DNA of 64,000 nt from positions 1,656 to 65,655 of IMG/VR virus record IMGVR_UViG_3300030617_000007; one strand, given 5' to 3'. Source of the DNA: a virus. Positions within the stretch are counted from its first letter, which is position 1, and each line of letters begins with the position of its first letter. Under the pieces are notes generated by a model, which worked only from the letters and a program-made list of their open reading frames with translations, ran no database searches and was not told the origin of the DNA. This document shows positions 1 to 8,485 of this stretch, piece after piece. The position numbers and the translations under genes were made by a program.

Positions 1-493
1 CGGTGTCCAGATTATTCGCATCCTCCAGCCGAACCGTATCCAGGGCGGTGGGATGGTGTCAACCGATAACGTAGACGGCTCGTCACAGATCGCGAAGGAC
101 TGCGATTGCATGTTGACGCTGCACCGCCCACGTATCGCGAACAACAATACCGCCGACGTCATGCAGTTCGACAGCGGCGCGCCGATGGAAGAAGAGGCGA
201 CGTTCTCTGATCGTATGCTTCTGACCGTAGGCCTGAGCCGCTATAGCTCTGGTGGCCGGTGTGAACTCCACATGAACGGAGCTACCTCGACCGTAAGTGA
301 GATGTCGGAGCATCAGAAGAAAGTCATTCAGGCAATGGCCAACCACAACGTCGGCCACGCTGCACAGATACAAAACCAGAACCTCGCCGGTCTCAAAAAG
401 GCCGTAGAGAAAACCGCACCAGCTTCCGTCGACGCAACTGCATCTGAGACGATAGCTGAGGAACCGAAAGAGACTGAGGAGATCGGCATCTAA
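1..493 (+). CDS. DnaB-like replicative helicase, C-terminal part (gene begins before the window)
   Basis: Frame is open from base 2: GVQIIRILQPNR...DNVDGSSQIAKDCDCMLTLHR, resembling the SF4 helicase motifs (ixxLaQlnR; dlrgSgsIeqDaD). Confidence 0.6.
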   Translation, partial: GVQIIRILQPNRIQGGGMVSTDNVDGSSQIAKDCDCMLTLHRPRIANNNTADVMQFDSGAPMEEEATFSDRMLLTVGLSRYSSGGRCELHMNGATSTVSEMSEHQKKVIQAMANHNVGHAAQIQNQNLAGLKKAVEKTAPASVDATASETIAEEPKETEEIGI

Positions 494-1023
494 TGACTCG
501 TCGTGAAAGCGCCCTCGAAGCAATACGCTATCATCACCCAAAGACGGAGAGGCAACTGATGGTGCAATGTGGATTCAGCCTACGGCCTGTCGGCGGGGGC
601 GCGTACAGAGACGCGTACCAGATCATCGGTACGGACCTGATCATCAAATTACCGAGGTGTGAGGGTCAGTCCATAGAACGTATCGAATACAGTATCGAGC
701 ATAGCTGGCTTGAGGTCGACGCTATCAGAAAGGTCATGAAGTCAAAGGCAAAGAGATGGCAGATGTTCAAGCCCCTTATGCCAGAGATTCTGTACTTCAA
801 TCACACGTACGGTACAATCGTTATGCCGAAATACAAGCGAGTCGGTCACAAGAGGCATTCAGATACTATCAGGAAACTCGAATATCTTGTTAACCGCTAC
901 CATGGTGTCGAAGACTCTGACTTGCATAATGCTGGCAATTGGGCGGAAGACAAAGACGGGAACTTGAAGCTTATTGACATGGGTTGCTTCCTCGAAGGAA
1001 ACACAACTTGTCCATCAAACTAA
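493..1023 (+). CDS. Protein kinase-like fold protein
   Basis: IIKLP (VAIK-like Lys), DLHNAGNW (catalytic-loop-like DLHxxN), KLIDMG (DFG-like). Confidence 0.5.
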   Translation: MTRRESALEAIRYHHPKTERQLMVQCGFSLRPVGGGAYRDAYQIIGTDLIIKLPRCEGQSIERIEYSIEHSWLEVDAIRKVMKSKAKRWQMFKPLMPEILYFNHTYGTIVMPKYKRVGHKRHSDTIRKLEYLVNRYHGVEDSDLHNAGNWAEDKDGNLKLIDMGCFLEGNTTCPSN

Positions 1024-1436
1024 GTAAGTTGACACCGAAGGAACGAGCCAAAGATCTTCGTCTACAACGAGAGTTTCACATTACACTCGCAGACTACCGG
1101 CTAATATTCAAGTCCCAAGATGGTTGCTGTGGTATATGTAAACGTCCAAGATCAGACTTCAAAAATGACTTCGCAGTAGACCACAATCATCTTACAGGTG
1201 AGTTAAGGGGCCTGCTTTGTTTTACTTGCAATCGTGCTCTTGGCAAGTTTCGAGATAACGATGTTTTAGTTATAAACGCAGCCCAATACGTTCAGAACCC
1301 TCCGGCAGCTATTGCTTTAGGGAAAAGGATATTTACAGCCATAGGGCGTATTGGTACGAAGGTTAGGGCTAAGATCTTGGCTGGAATGAAGATAACGAAA
1401 GTAACGAAAGGTAAGAGTGGACTCAAACGTAAGTAG
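984..1436 (+). CDS. Recombination endonuclease VII family (free-standing homing-type endonuclease); likely start is TTG at 1008
   Basis: CGIC...FAVDHNHLTGELRGLLCFTCNRALG signature; SD AAGGAA upstream of 1008. Confidence 0.85.
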   Translation: MLPRRKHNLSIKLSKLTPKERAKDLRLQREFHITLADYRLIFKSQDGCCGICKRPRSDFKNDFAVDHNHLTGELRGLLCFTCNRALGKFRDNDVLVINAAQYVQNPPAAIALGKRIFTAIGRIGTKVRAKILAGMKITKVTKGKSGLKRK

Positions 1437-1902
1437 GGTGCGCCGAGCAGATCGGTTCGCAGAAAACAAGGCAGCTTTCGATGATGTAATTGGAGACCCA
1501 TACGCGTTTCCAGAGCCTATCGATGGCCAGTACGCAAGATATAAACAGCGTAGCTCGATTAGAGTTGCCAACAACGACTTCGATAGTGGTCACGCTACTC
1601 CTAATGTGTTACGTCCTTCACCACTTGACTTCTTCTGTGATGTCGAGCGTGCAGTAGAAGACGCGCTTACCGAAGACGAGAAGACTAAGTTCCTTCAGAC
1701 GTACATCTGGGAAGAGGGCGAGGCATTCACACAACAAGAGCGCATCGACATCGAGCAAAGAGTGGGTCAGGTTTTGCGTGACCGCAAGATCAGTCCTGTT
1801 ACATTGTATTTTCGTGTCACCCGTCAATCGGTAGGCACAACCAACAGAGCTAACAAGATCAAGAGGACTAAAGAAGATGCCAATTACGCAACTCAGCGAT
1901 AA
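1417..1902 (+). CDS. Hypothetical protein
   Basis: 161-aa ORF tiled in the operon. Confidence 0.55.
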   Translation: MDSNVSRVRRADRFAENKAAFDDVIGDPYAFPEPIDGQYARYKQRSSIRVANNDFDSGHATPNVLRPSPLDFFCDVERAVEDALTEDEKTKFLQTYIWEEGEAFTQQERIDIEQRVGQVLRDRKISPVTLYFRVTRQSVGTTNRANKIKRTKEDANYATQR

Positions 1903-2071
1903 CAGCAGGCCAGCCGTAGTAGATCAGCTCAAGCAGGAACTCCCTGAGAACGCAACCATCGACCAGCGCAACATCCTGAACCAGAAGTTCGGCATTGGCG
2001 AAGTAGCCCTAACAGCATCAGAGAAGCTTTTGATCGAGAGAGAGGAACGACGTGGAAATAAACGTAAATGA
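1877..2071 (+). CDS. Hypothetical protein
   Basis: Tiled small ORF. Confidence 0.45.
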   Translation: MPITQLSDNSRPAVVDQLKQELPENATIDQRNILNQKFGIGEVALTASEKLLIEREERRGNKRK

Positions 2072-2501
2072 TACGGCCCGGTTTGGTGAGACGGTTACCT
2101 TCCTGTCGGACGCGCCGTCTCCGCCTATTACTGCACAAGAGATCGTAGAGGGTTTCGGTCTTATAGACGAGGATGCTGGGATAAATCTGAAGACCCGGCT
2201 TATCAAGGTCTATGACAGTTCAGCTAACGGTACGCTGAAATACGTTCAATCTAGCTGTGGACATAAGTTCGTACCTGGAAAAGAACCAAGGCACCGTGGC
2301 TGTCAAGTTTGCTGGTTCACCTACTTCACGACGTATGGCGAATTAACGAGGACTGCCGACGAAGTGTACGTAAACCACGGCGAGGCTGCATTAGTCCAGT
2401 TGAGAGGAAGAACATTCACTACTAACTTCCTAAAATACATGGGTGCAATTGCACAGTGGAAGGCCCTGAGTGAGCAGCAGGCAGTACAAAGAGGTAACTA
2501 A
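2052..2501 (+). CDS. Hypothetical protein (CxH...CxxC)
   Basis: Tiled ORF; its stop abuts the next ATG. Confidence 0.55.
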   Translation: MEINVNDTARFGETVTFLSDAPSPPITAQEIVEGFGLIDEDAGINLKTRLIKVYDSSANGTLKYVQSSCGHKFVPGKEPRHRGCQVCWFTYFTTYGELTRTADEVYVNHGEAALVQLRGRTFTTNFLKYMGAIAQWKALSEQQAVQRGN

Positions 2502-3257
2502 ATGGACTATAGTGTTAGGCGCATAGACAAAAAAACTGCCAACAAGATCGTGAGTGCTAAACATTACTCACATAGGTTGGGAATTTTCTGGGAAGGCTTT
2601 GGACTATACGCGCCTAATTTAATAGGTGTAGTCTGTTATGGACAACCTTCTGCTCCCATACAGAAGCATGCATTTAAAAATAGAGATTTTAGGTTATATG
2701 AGCTTACTAGACTTGTAGTAGATTCTGGTACAAAAAATGGTGCAAGCTACCTAATATCCCATAGTTTACAAATGCTTACACAACAGCCATCTGCTGTAAT
2801 AAGTTATGCAGATTCCGCGCAAGGACATGCTGGAATTGTGTACCAAGCTACTAATTGGAAGTATACCGGGGCTGTAAAGGCTCATGACTCTTTCTATAAG
2901 GTTGGCGAGGAGGTACTCCACCCTATGACAGTTAGAGATCGCTTCGGTATAAATGATCCCTCAAGGTGGGCTAAAGAAAACGGCATTGAGGTTGTTAAAC
3001 CTCAGCCAAAGCATAGATATTTTTACTTTGTTGGTAAAAAACAAGAGCAGAAAAGAATGAGATCATTACTGTCCTATCCAATCATAGATACTTATCCTAA
3101 ACTGGATAAAAAGACTTACGATGATGGGTCTTCTTGTATGAGCTATATGGAGCAATCAGATGAGCGAAGCACTGGCAGCACTGAAGTCAGCAGTGAAGAC
3201 ACCACAAGTCCCTTCGACGGGGAAATCGACGGGCAGTACATCGGCGACTTCAACTAA
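2502..3257 (+). CDS. Mom-like (GNAT-fold) DNA modification protein
   Basis: YELTRLVV, NGASYLIS, VISYAD...GHAGIVYQATNWKYTG and KHRYFY motifs typical of phage Mu Mom-like proteins; visibly AT-rich. Confidence 0.7.
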   Translation: MDYSVRRIDKKTANKIVSAKHYSHRLGIFWEGFGLYAPNLIGVVCYGQPSAPIQKHAFKNRDFRLYELTRLVVDSGTKNGASYLISHSLQMLTQQPSAVISYADSAQGHAGIVYQATNWKYTGAVKAHDSFYKVGEEVLHPMTVRDRFGINDPSRWAKENGIEVVKPQPKHRYFYFVGKKQEQKRMRSLLSYPIIDTYPKLDKKTYDDGSSCMSYMEQSDERSTGSTEVSSEDTTSPFDGEIDGQYIGDFN

Positions 3258-4350
3258 CGTAATAGTCAACACACAGCTCGCCGTTCAGAGCACTACATCC
3301 AAGGCCGACAAGCTGAAGCAGCTCAAGACGGTGGCGGCGGCACTAAACGCGCAGTTCAAAACAACCAACAGTATCGTACGGCTCAAAGACCATGTAGGTC
3401 TGCCTATGCCCTCAATTCCGACTGGCATTGCGACCTTAGACCTTGACGCCATCGGCGTCGGAGGATTCCCTCGCGGTCGCATCATCGAGCTATTCGGTCC
3501 TGAGTCAGGTGGGAAGACTACCTTAGCGTTGGAGACGGTAGCCGAGGAGCAGCGGACTGGAGCTCTGTGCGCCTATGTGGACGCAGAGCACGCGCTGGAC
3601 CCGAACTACATGGAAGCCCTGGGCGTCAACGTCGAGGAGCTGGTTATCAGTCAACCTGATAGCGGCGAGCAGGCCCTTGAGACCGTAGAGGCGCTGGTAG
3701 AATCCGGTACTGTTACCCTCATTGTAGTCGACTCCGTAGCCGCCCTGGTCCCGCAGGCCGAACTAGACGGGGATATGGGCGACTCCCACATGGGCTTGCA
3801 GGCCCGTATGATGTCCCAGGCGATGCGAAAGCTTCGTGGGAAATGCTCTCTGCACGGTGTAACTGTCATATTTATCAACCAGATAAGGGAGAAGATTGGC
3901 GTGATGTACGGTAACCCAGAGACGACGCCGGGCGGTCGCGCACTGAAGTTCTACGCATCGGTACGTATCGACGTTCGTCGTGGTCTCAGCGAGACGACTG
4001 ACGGGGCCAAGAGTCCTCTCATCAAGGTCGGTGATACAATCATCGGACACCGTATGAGGCTCAAGATCGTCAAGAACAAAGTAGGCGCACCCGCTAAAGA
4101 GACCACCGTGGACCTGATCTACGGTAAGGGTATCGACCGGCGTACTGACTTCATTACCTTCGCAAAGGACATCGGCGCAATCGAGCAGGCTGGCGCGTGG
4201 TTCAAGTTCGAGGGTGAGAACATAGGTCAGGGCTTCCTGAAGGCTATCGACGCCGTCAAGGACAACCCTGCACTTGAACAGAAGATCAGGTTCAAGGTAG
4301 CTGAGCTTCTGGCCGCACGTAGGAAGAAGGTTCAAGAGGCACTGAAATAG
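3160..4350 (+). CDS. recA: RecA recombinase
   Basis: GRIIELFGPESGGKTT Walker A, VDSVAALVP, GLQARMMSQAMRKL, FINQIREKIGVMYGNPETTPGGRALKFYASVR. Confidence 0.97.
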   Translation: MSEALAALKSAVKTPQVPSTGKSTGSTSATSTNVIVNTQLAVQSTTSKADKLKQLKTVAAALNAQFKTTNSIVRLKDHVGLPMPSIPTGIATLDLDAIGVGGFPRGRIIELFGPESGGKTTLALETVAEEQRTGALCAYVDAEHALDPNYMEALGVNVEELVISQPDSGEQALETVEALVESGTVTLIVVDSVAALVPQAELDGDMGDSHMGLQARMMSQAMRKLRGKCSLHGVTVIFINQIREKIGVMYGNPETTPGGRALKFYASVRIDVRRGLSETTDGAKSPLIKVGDTIIGHRMRLKIVKNKVGAPAKETTVDLIYGKGIDRRTDFITFAKDIGAIEQAGAWFKFEGENIGQGFLKAIDAVKDNPALEQKIRFKVAELLAARRKKVQEALK

Positions 4351-4373
4351 ATCAAAAAGGCAACAAATAAACC

Positions 4374-4402
4374 TTGACAGCCTACCGGAATAGTGGTAGG
4401 CT
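4374..4402 (+). promoter_or_regulatory. Sigma70-type promoter (leaderless)
   Basis: TTGACA-N17-TAGGCT, with ATG 6 nt downstream at 4409. Confidence 0.7.
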
Positions 4403-4408
4403 GTATTT

Positions 4409-4576
4409 ATGCCAGATGACATTCATTACCCCACAGTACCGCCGCGTAGTGAGTGGCAGGACTATCATAACTTTAGCACCTATAAGATCCGCAACATTCC
4501 TTTCCGATTCCATGGAACGCCCGAACAGGTTCACCGTCAGGCAAAGGAAACCTTATCTAAGGAGAAGAAGGCATGA
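4409..4576 (+). CDS. Small hypothetical protein (55 aa, not in ORF track)
   Basis: MPDDIHYPTVPPRSEW...EKKA*; ATGA overlap with the next gene. Confidence 0.55.
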   Translation: MPDDIHYPTVPPRSEWQDYHNFSTYKIRNIPFRFHGTPEQVHRQAKETLSKEKKA

Positions 4577-4776
4577 GATACGTAGTCGAACCAATAACCC
4601 GATCCGACATGATCGTCTTCCTCGTCCGCGATACGGAGCAGAGATTTGTCCTGAAGGCCGACATGGATCTTCGCACAGCCAACGTCTTAGCCGGTATCAT
4701 GAACACACCTGGACCAGCTATCACTATCCAGGGCGGAAAAGTTATATTCAAAGATAGACTGGAGGCAGGTAAATGA
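4573..4776 (+). CDS. Hypothetical protein
   Basis: SD AAGGAG; ATGA overlaps at both ends. Confidence 0.55.
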   Translation: MRYVVEPITRSDMIVFLVRDTEQRFVLKADMDLRTANVLAGIMNTPGPAITIQGGKVIFKDRLEAGK

Positions 4777-5426
4777 TTGTCGAATTAGTGTATATTTTTA
4801 TCCTTTTTATCCTTATGGCTATTCCAGCCATCATTGCCCTGAACCTTCTCGCCAAAGAGCATGGCCTCGGTATCTTTGAGTTCACGATGACTGAGCTATT
4901 CCCTTACGTCGACATCGAGCGCGACGATGAGCCGGGCGTGATCTATCTGCGCCGGTTCCTTATCTACCCGCGCGACAAGGACTTCGGTAAGAACAAAGGG
5001 AAGGGTCGCATTTACCTTCACAAGTTCTATTTAGGAGATAGCGATCCTCACCTCCACGATCATCCGTGGCGATACACTAGCCTGATCCTTACGCGCGGCT
5101 ATTGGGAAGAAACGCCGTATGATCCAACTATCACCCCAGCTACGGCTTGGACTAAGGGCGATGATCCTTACATGATGTACGACCACGGTGTCGGCGAATT
5201 GCGTATTCGCAAGTTCTATCGCCGCTTAAGCGTCCTACGGCGACCAGCAGTCTGGAGGCACCGCGTCATTCTTAAAGACAAGACGCCCGTCTGGACAATT
5301 GTTCGTACAGGTGTAAAAGAACGGTCATGGGGCTTTTGGCTACTTGACAAATTCTGTCCCTGGCGTCAATATAACAATGGAGTCTGTTATTGCACTCCAG
5401 AAGAGAAAACTACAACGCAACTCTAA
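4773..5426 (+). CDS. Cupin-like phage protein with N-terminal hydrophobic segment
   Basis: IYLHKF...HLHDHPWRYTSLILTRGYWEE motif. Confidence 0.55.
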   Translation: MIVELVYIFILFILMAIPAIIALNLLAKEHGLGIFEFTMTELFPYVDIERDDEPGVIYLRRFLIYPRDKDFGKNKGKGRIYLHKFYLGDSDPHLHDHPWRYTSLILTRGYWEETPYDPTITPATAWTKGDDPYMMYDHGVGELRIRKFYRRLSVLRRPAVWRHRVILKDKTPVWTIVRTGVKERSWGFWLLDKFCPWRQYNNGVCYCTPEEKTTTQL

Positions 5427-5442
5427 CCAGAAAGAAGACTCC

Positions 5443-5712
5443 GTGGCTCAGAGCAAATACAATTCGAAGGCGTCAAAGCGTAGCAACAAACCTGTCCGCA
5501 AGGTCGTAGCACCTGGGAAGCCGGTGTTCAACTACACGAGTGTCTGCTGTGGCGTGGCTGCACTGAAGAAGCCTCTCCTCGTGGACTACGATAAAGAGTT
5601 CAAGGATCGCGAAGGGCACCTTGGCTCATGGCGCTGCTCGAACTGCAAGAAGAAAGCCAAGGTCACTCGGACCAAGGTAAAGGCTGAGGAGCCTGTAGAG
5701 GTGGCTGCGTGA
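5443..5712 (+). CDS. Basic Zn-finger hypothetical protein
   Basis: SVCC...WRCSNC; likely GTG start at 5443. Confidence 0.5.
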   Translation: MAQSKYNSKASKRSNKPVRKVVAPGKPVFNYTSVCCGVAALKKPLLVDYDKEFKDREGHLGSWRCSNCKKKAKVTRTKVKAEEPVEVAA

Positions 5713-5861
5713 ACATGACGATCCCGCCTAAGCTTTGGATGCCTATATTTCTAGTGGCCTCTGATGTAGTGGCGTCAATCGTGTACGGATGCTATCGAGA
5801 CTGGCGGCACTGCATTTACTGGGGTGCCGCAGCAGTCCTTACCTCCGCCGCGAGCTTTTGA
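5709..5861 (+). CDS. Small membrane protein (50 aa), possible holin
   Basis: Two hydrophobic segments; directly upstream of the lysozyme; not in ORF track. Confidence 0.4.
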   Translation: MNMTIPPKLWMPIFLVASDVVASIVYGCYRDWRHCIYWGAAAVLTSAASF

Positions 5862-5893
5862 AGTATTAAATACGTATTAAATAAGGATAATTT

Positions 5894-6337
5894 ATGCCAC
5901 AAAATCCGTGGATGGTCTATAGCGACACAGGACTATCCCTAACAGAACGAGCTGAGGCACTTAGACTCGTAGCCTACCCCGACCAGGGGTATGTCTACAC
6001 GATTGGCTACGGTCACACGCTGGGCGTTTACAAAGGGATGGTTATTACGGCTGAGCAAGCAGTAGACTATCTCCGCATGGACATAGCTCACGCAGTAGCT
6101 ACCGTCAACACGTACGTCAACGTACCGATTACGCAGAACCAGTTCGATTCGCTGGTCGACTTCACCTTCAACGTCGGTGCTCACGCTTTCGTAACGTCGT
6201 CACTACTTGCCGCCGTCAACGCGCGTAATTTTACTATGGCAGAAGAGCAGTTTAGCCGTTGGGTATTCGTCAAGGGAACGGTAAATGCCGGTCTTCAGAA
6301 TCGTCGCAACGCAGAGATCAAAGAGTTCGAGGGATAA
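5894..6337 (+). CDS. GH24 phage lysozyme (endolysin)
   Basis: AEALRLVAYPD...YTIGYGHT (E-x8-D-x5-T), QNQFDSLVDFTFNVG, GLQNRRNAE. Confidence 0.93.
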   Translation: MPQNPWMVYSDTGLSLTERAEALRLVAYPDQGYVYTIGYGHTLGVYKGMVITAEQAVDYLRMDIAHAVATVNTYVNVPITQNQFDSLVDFTFNVGAHAFVTSSLLAAVNARNFTMAEEQFSRWVFVKGTVNAGLQNRRNAEIKEFEG

Positions 6338-6338
6338 C

Positions 6339-6509
6339 ATGCCAGCCATAGAGAGAAGCGTAACAGTACGCTATGACGACGGGCGGGATGAGTTCATCTT
6401 GAACACGCAGTTTCACATCGAAGGCGAGTACGAGATCGAGGCAAGCGGGTCCACGTTGACCGAGGCCTTCGAGACGTTGGCGCAGTACATTGCAGACCGA
6501 GGATTGTAA
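6339..6509 (+). CDS. Hypothetical protein
   Basis: Tiled ORF, ATG at 6339. Confidence 0.5.
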   Translation: MPAIERSVTVRYDDGRDEFILNTQFHIEGEYEIEASGSTLTEAFETLAQYIADRGL

Positions 6510-6851
6510 ATGACACTGAATGAGTATCAGGAACTAGCAGGAGCAACTGCCGACTATCCAGATATGGGTGGTAACCTCTTATATCCAGCCATCGGCTGCG
6601 GAGAGGAAGCTGGAGAAATCTTAGGCAAGGTAAAAAAACTTTGGCGCAATCTCGGCATCACGTCCGGCAGTCTTCTCTCTCAGGATCAGAAAGATGCCAT
6701 CGAGAAAGAGATCGGCGATAATCTTTGGTATTTACAGCAGATGTGTACAGAGCTGGGCATAACACTGGAGCACGCTGCCCAGACGAACATAGACAAACTC
6801 TATGACCGCAAGGCACGCGGTGTCATCAAGAGTGAGGGAGACAATAGATGA
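6510..6851 (+). CDS. MazG-like nucleotide pyrophosphohydrolase
   Basis: MTLNEYQ...GEEAGEI...EIGDNLWY...NIDKLYDRKARGVIKSEGDNR. Confidence 0.88.
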   Translation: MTLNEYQELAGATADYPDMGGNLLYPAIGCGEEAGEILGKVKKLWRNLGITSGSLLSQDQKDAIEKEIGDNLWYLQQMCTELGITLEHAAQTNIDKLYDRKARGVIKSEGDNR

Positions 6852-7009
6852 GCCAATACGTCGTAACGCTGCACGTTGACACCGACTCCCTCATGATGGA
6901 AGAGCACAACGAGGAATCTGTACGCATCCTAATCGAAGAGGCTTTGGAGTACGGCCTGGATGCCGGTACGCGAGTAGACAACGTAAGGAAGCGAAGACCA
7001 AATGACTAG
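6848..7009 (+). CDS. Small hypothetical protein (53 aa)
   Basis: ATGA overlap with the MazG-like gene; not in ORF track. Confidence 0.45.
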   Translation: MSQYVVTLHVDTDSLMMEEHNEESVRILIEEALEYGLDAGTRVDNVRKRRPND

Positions 7010-7709
7010 CCTACGAGTAGTGATGACGAGTGACACCCATGAGAAGCACCGGCAGCTCATCGTACCTGACGGTGACATCTTCATCCACTCGGGAGACTTC
7101 AGCGAGGGCTCTGATAAGAACACCGTCAAGTCTGTGCAGGACTTCAACGCATGGCTAGGCGAGCTGCCACACAAGCACAAGATTATCGTCGCTGGAAATC
7201 ATGACTTCCTATTTCAGAATCTTCCTGTCGAGGCGGAGAGTCTGCTGACCAACGCAACGTACTTAAGAGATATGCCGGTCGTCGTCGAAGGGCTGAAGAT
7301 TTACGGCTCTCCTTGGCAACCTGAGTTCGGAGGCTGGGCGTTCAACCTTCCCAGGGACGGCGACGAGCTGCGTCAGATCTGGAGCGAAATTCCTGACGAC
7401 ACTGACATCTTGGTAACGCACGGTCCTCCGTACGGTATACGGGACTGGGTGGGACGGCTTGGAGGCGGTGTGGAGCGCGTGGGGGATAAGCTTCTCCTTG
7501 AACGCGTCCAGCAGATCAAGCCTTTGATCCATGTATTCGGTCATATCCACGCTGGGGCAGGCTACGAGACGGCCAAGTACGGAACGGTCTTCGTAAACGC
7601 AGCAGCCTGCAATGAACAGTACAGGATCAAGCACGATCCCACAGTGATCCATCTACGGAAGAACGATGGGCCTGGTGGAGACGGTAAGATGTATGGAGCA
7701 TCGGTATAG
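7002..7709 (+). CDS. Calcineurin-like metallophosphoesterase
   Basis: SDTH, HSGDF, AGNHD, VTHGPP, FGHIH motifs. Confidence 0.92.
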   Translation: MTSLRVVMTSDTHEKHRQLIVPDGDIFIHSGDFSEGSDKNTVKSVQDFNAWLGELPHKHKIIVAGNHDFLFQNLPVEAESLLTNATYLRDMPVVVEGLKIYGSPWQPEFGGWAFNLPRDGDELRQIWSEIPDDTDILVTHGPPYGIRDWVGRLGGGVERVGDKLLLERVQQIKPLIHVFGHIHAGAGYETAKYGTVFVNAAACNEQYRIKHDPTVIHLRKNDGPGGDGKMYGASV

Positions 7710-7723
7710 TGACAGTCATAACG

Positions 7724-7754
7724 GGAAGCCATGGGCTCAAACCTCTGGCTTTTT
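7724..7754 (+). terminator. Probable rho-independent terminator
   Basis: AAGCCA...TGGCTT stem followed by a T-run after the 7709 stop. Confidence 0.55.
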
Positions 7755-7782
7755 GTGCATTATAGTTCCCTTTACAAAAGAC

Positions 7783-7811
7783 TTGACAAAATGGTTCCAT
7801 CATGAAATGAT
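7783..7811 (+). promoter_or_regulatory. Sigma70-type promoter (leaderless)
   Basis: TTGACA-N17-AATGAT with TG extension; ATG 6 nt downstream at 7818. Confidence 0.55.
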
Positions 7812-7817
7812 ACTGAC

Positions 7818-8009
7818 ATGACTAAGAAGCTACTACCTCTCGCCGACTTCCTCAAGCTCAACTACATCAAAGGAGAATGGAAAACATCCACCTTCAAAGA
7901 CGTGTACAATGGTGTACTTACTACCGTTCTTTTATGTCCACGTTGCGGGGCGGTAGTAGGTGGTGATCCGGCAGTACACTACAACTGGCACAAGGAGACT
8001 GGCCGATGA
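7818..8009 (+). CDS. Small Zn-ribbon hypothetical protein
   Basis: CPRCG motif. Confidence 0.55.
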   Translation: MTKKLLPLADFLKLNYIKGEWKTSTFKDVYNGVLTTVLLCPRCGAVVGGDPAVHYNWHKETGR

Positions 8010-8176
8010 ATTTCGAGACTTGGTTTATGTCGGCTTTAGGACATACTAAGGGCTTACTAAAGCCTGAAGAGTTCTGGCAGTTCAAGTACGCGTGCCACCT
8101 AGCATGGAACGCCGGTATACGCTCCGCTGAAGTGTCATTATTTACCGACTGTAGGCCAGGGATAGATGGTCAATGA
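8006..8176 (+). CDS. Small hypothetical protein (56 aa)
   Basis: ATGA overlap, SD AAGGAG; not in ORF track. Confidence 0.5.
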   Translation: MNFETWFMSALGHTKGLLKPEEFWQFKYACHLAWNAGIRSAEVSLFTDCRPGIDGQ

Positions 8177-8188
8177 GAGCTAAATAGA

Positions 8189-8235
8189 CAAAAAAATAGC
8201 CCCTCTCGATTATTAGTCGGAGGGGCGTTTGTTTG
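8189..8235. terminator. Bidirectional terminator between convergent blocks
   Basis: A-run, GCCCCTC...GAGGGGC stem, T-rich tail. Confidence 0.75.
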
Positions 8236-8461
8236 CTCTAATTTTCATGACTGCGGACATTGCAGCCTTCATTTCTTCGTAGGTTAAAAAGTCCCTTCTG
8301 AATATGTTGCACCAAGAGCAGCACACTACGCAGTTATCTTTGCTATAACCTTTAGATCCATCTTTGCGATCCAGATAGTATGCTCGCGACACGTATTCTC
8401 CATTGACTGTCCCGTAAGGTTGCCAGTCTATAGGCGTCCATCCGTCTTTCGAGGGATGGAC
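8213..8461 (-). pseudogene. Truncated HNH endonuclease remnant
   Basis: 82-codon open frame with no start upstream of the motif: ...YYLDRKDGSKGYSKDNCVVCCSWCNIFRRDFLTYEEM... Confidence 0.65.
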
Positions 8462-8485
8462 TCACACCTGATCGCATCTTCTAGT

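Noticed and set aside
83-541. Long antisense ORFs in the track (e.g. 83..541-, 3763..4422-, 10368..10883+, 39216..40046+, 21784..22416+, 35049..35720+)
   Set aside because: They lie wholly opposite well-supported genes, have no recognisable motifs or SD, and are explained by sense-strand codon bias
5344-5375. TTGACA promoters at 5344 and ~1030
   Set aside because: No acceptable -10 hexamer at 16-18 nt spacing; both lie inside coding sequence
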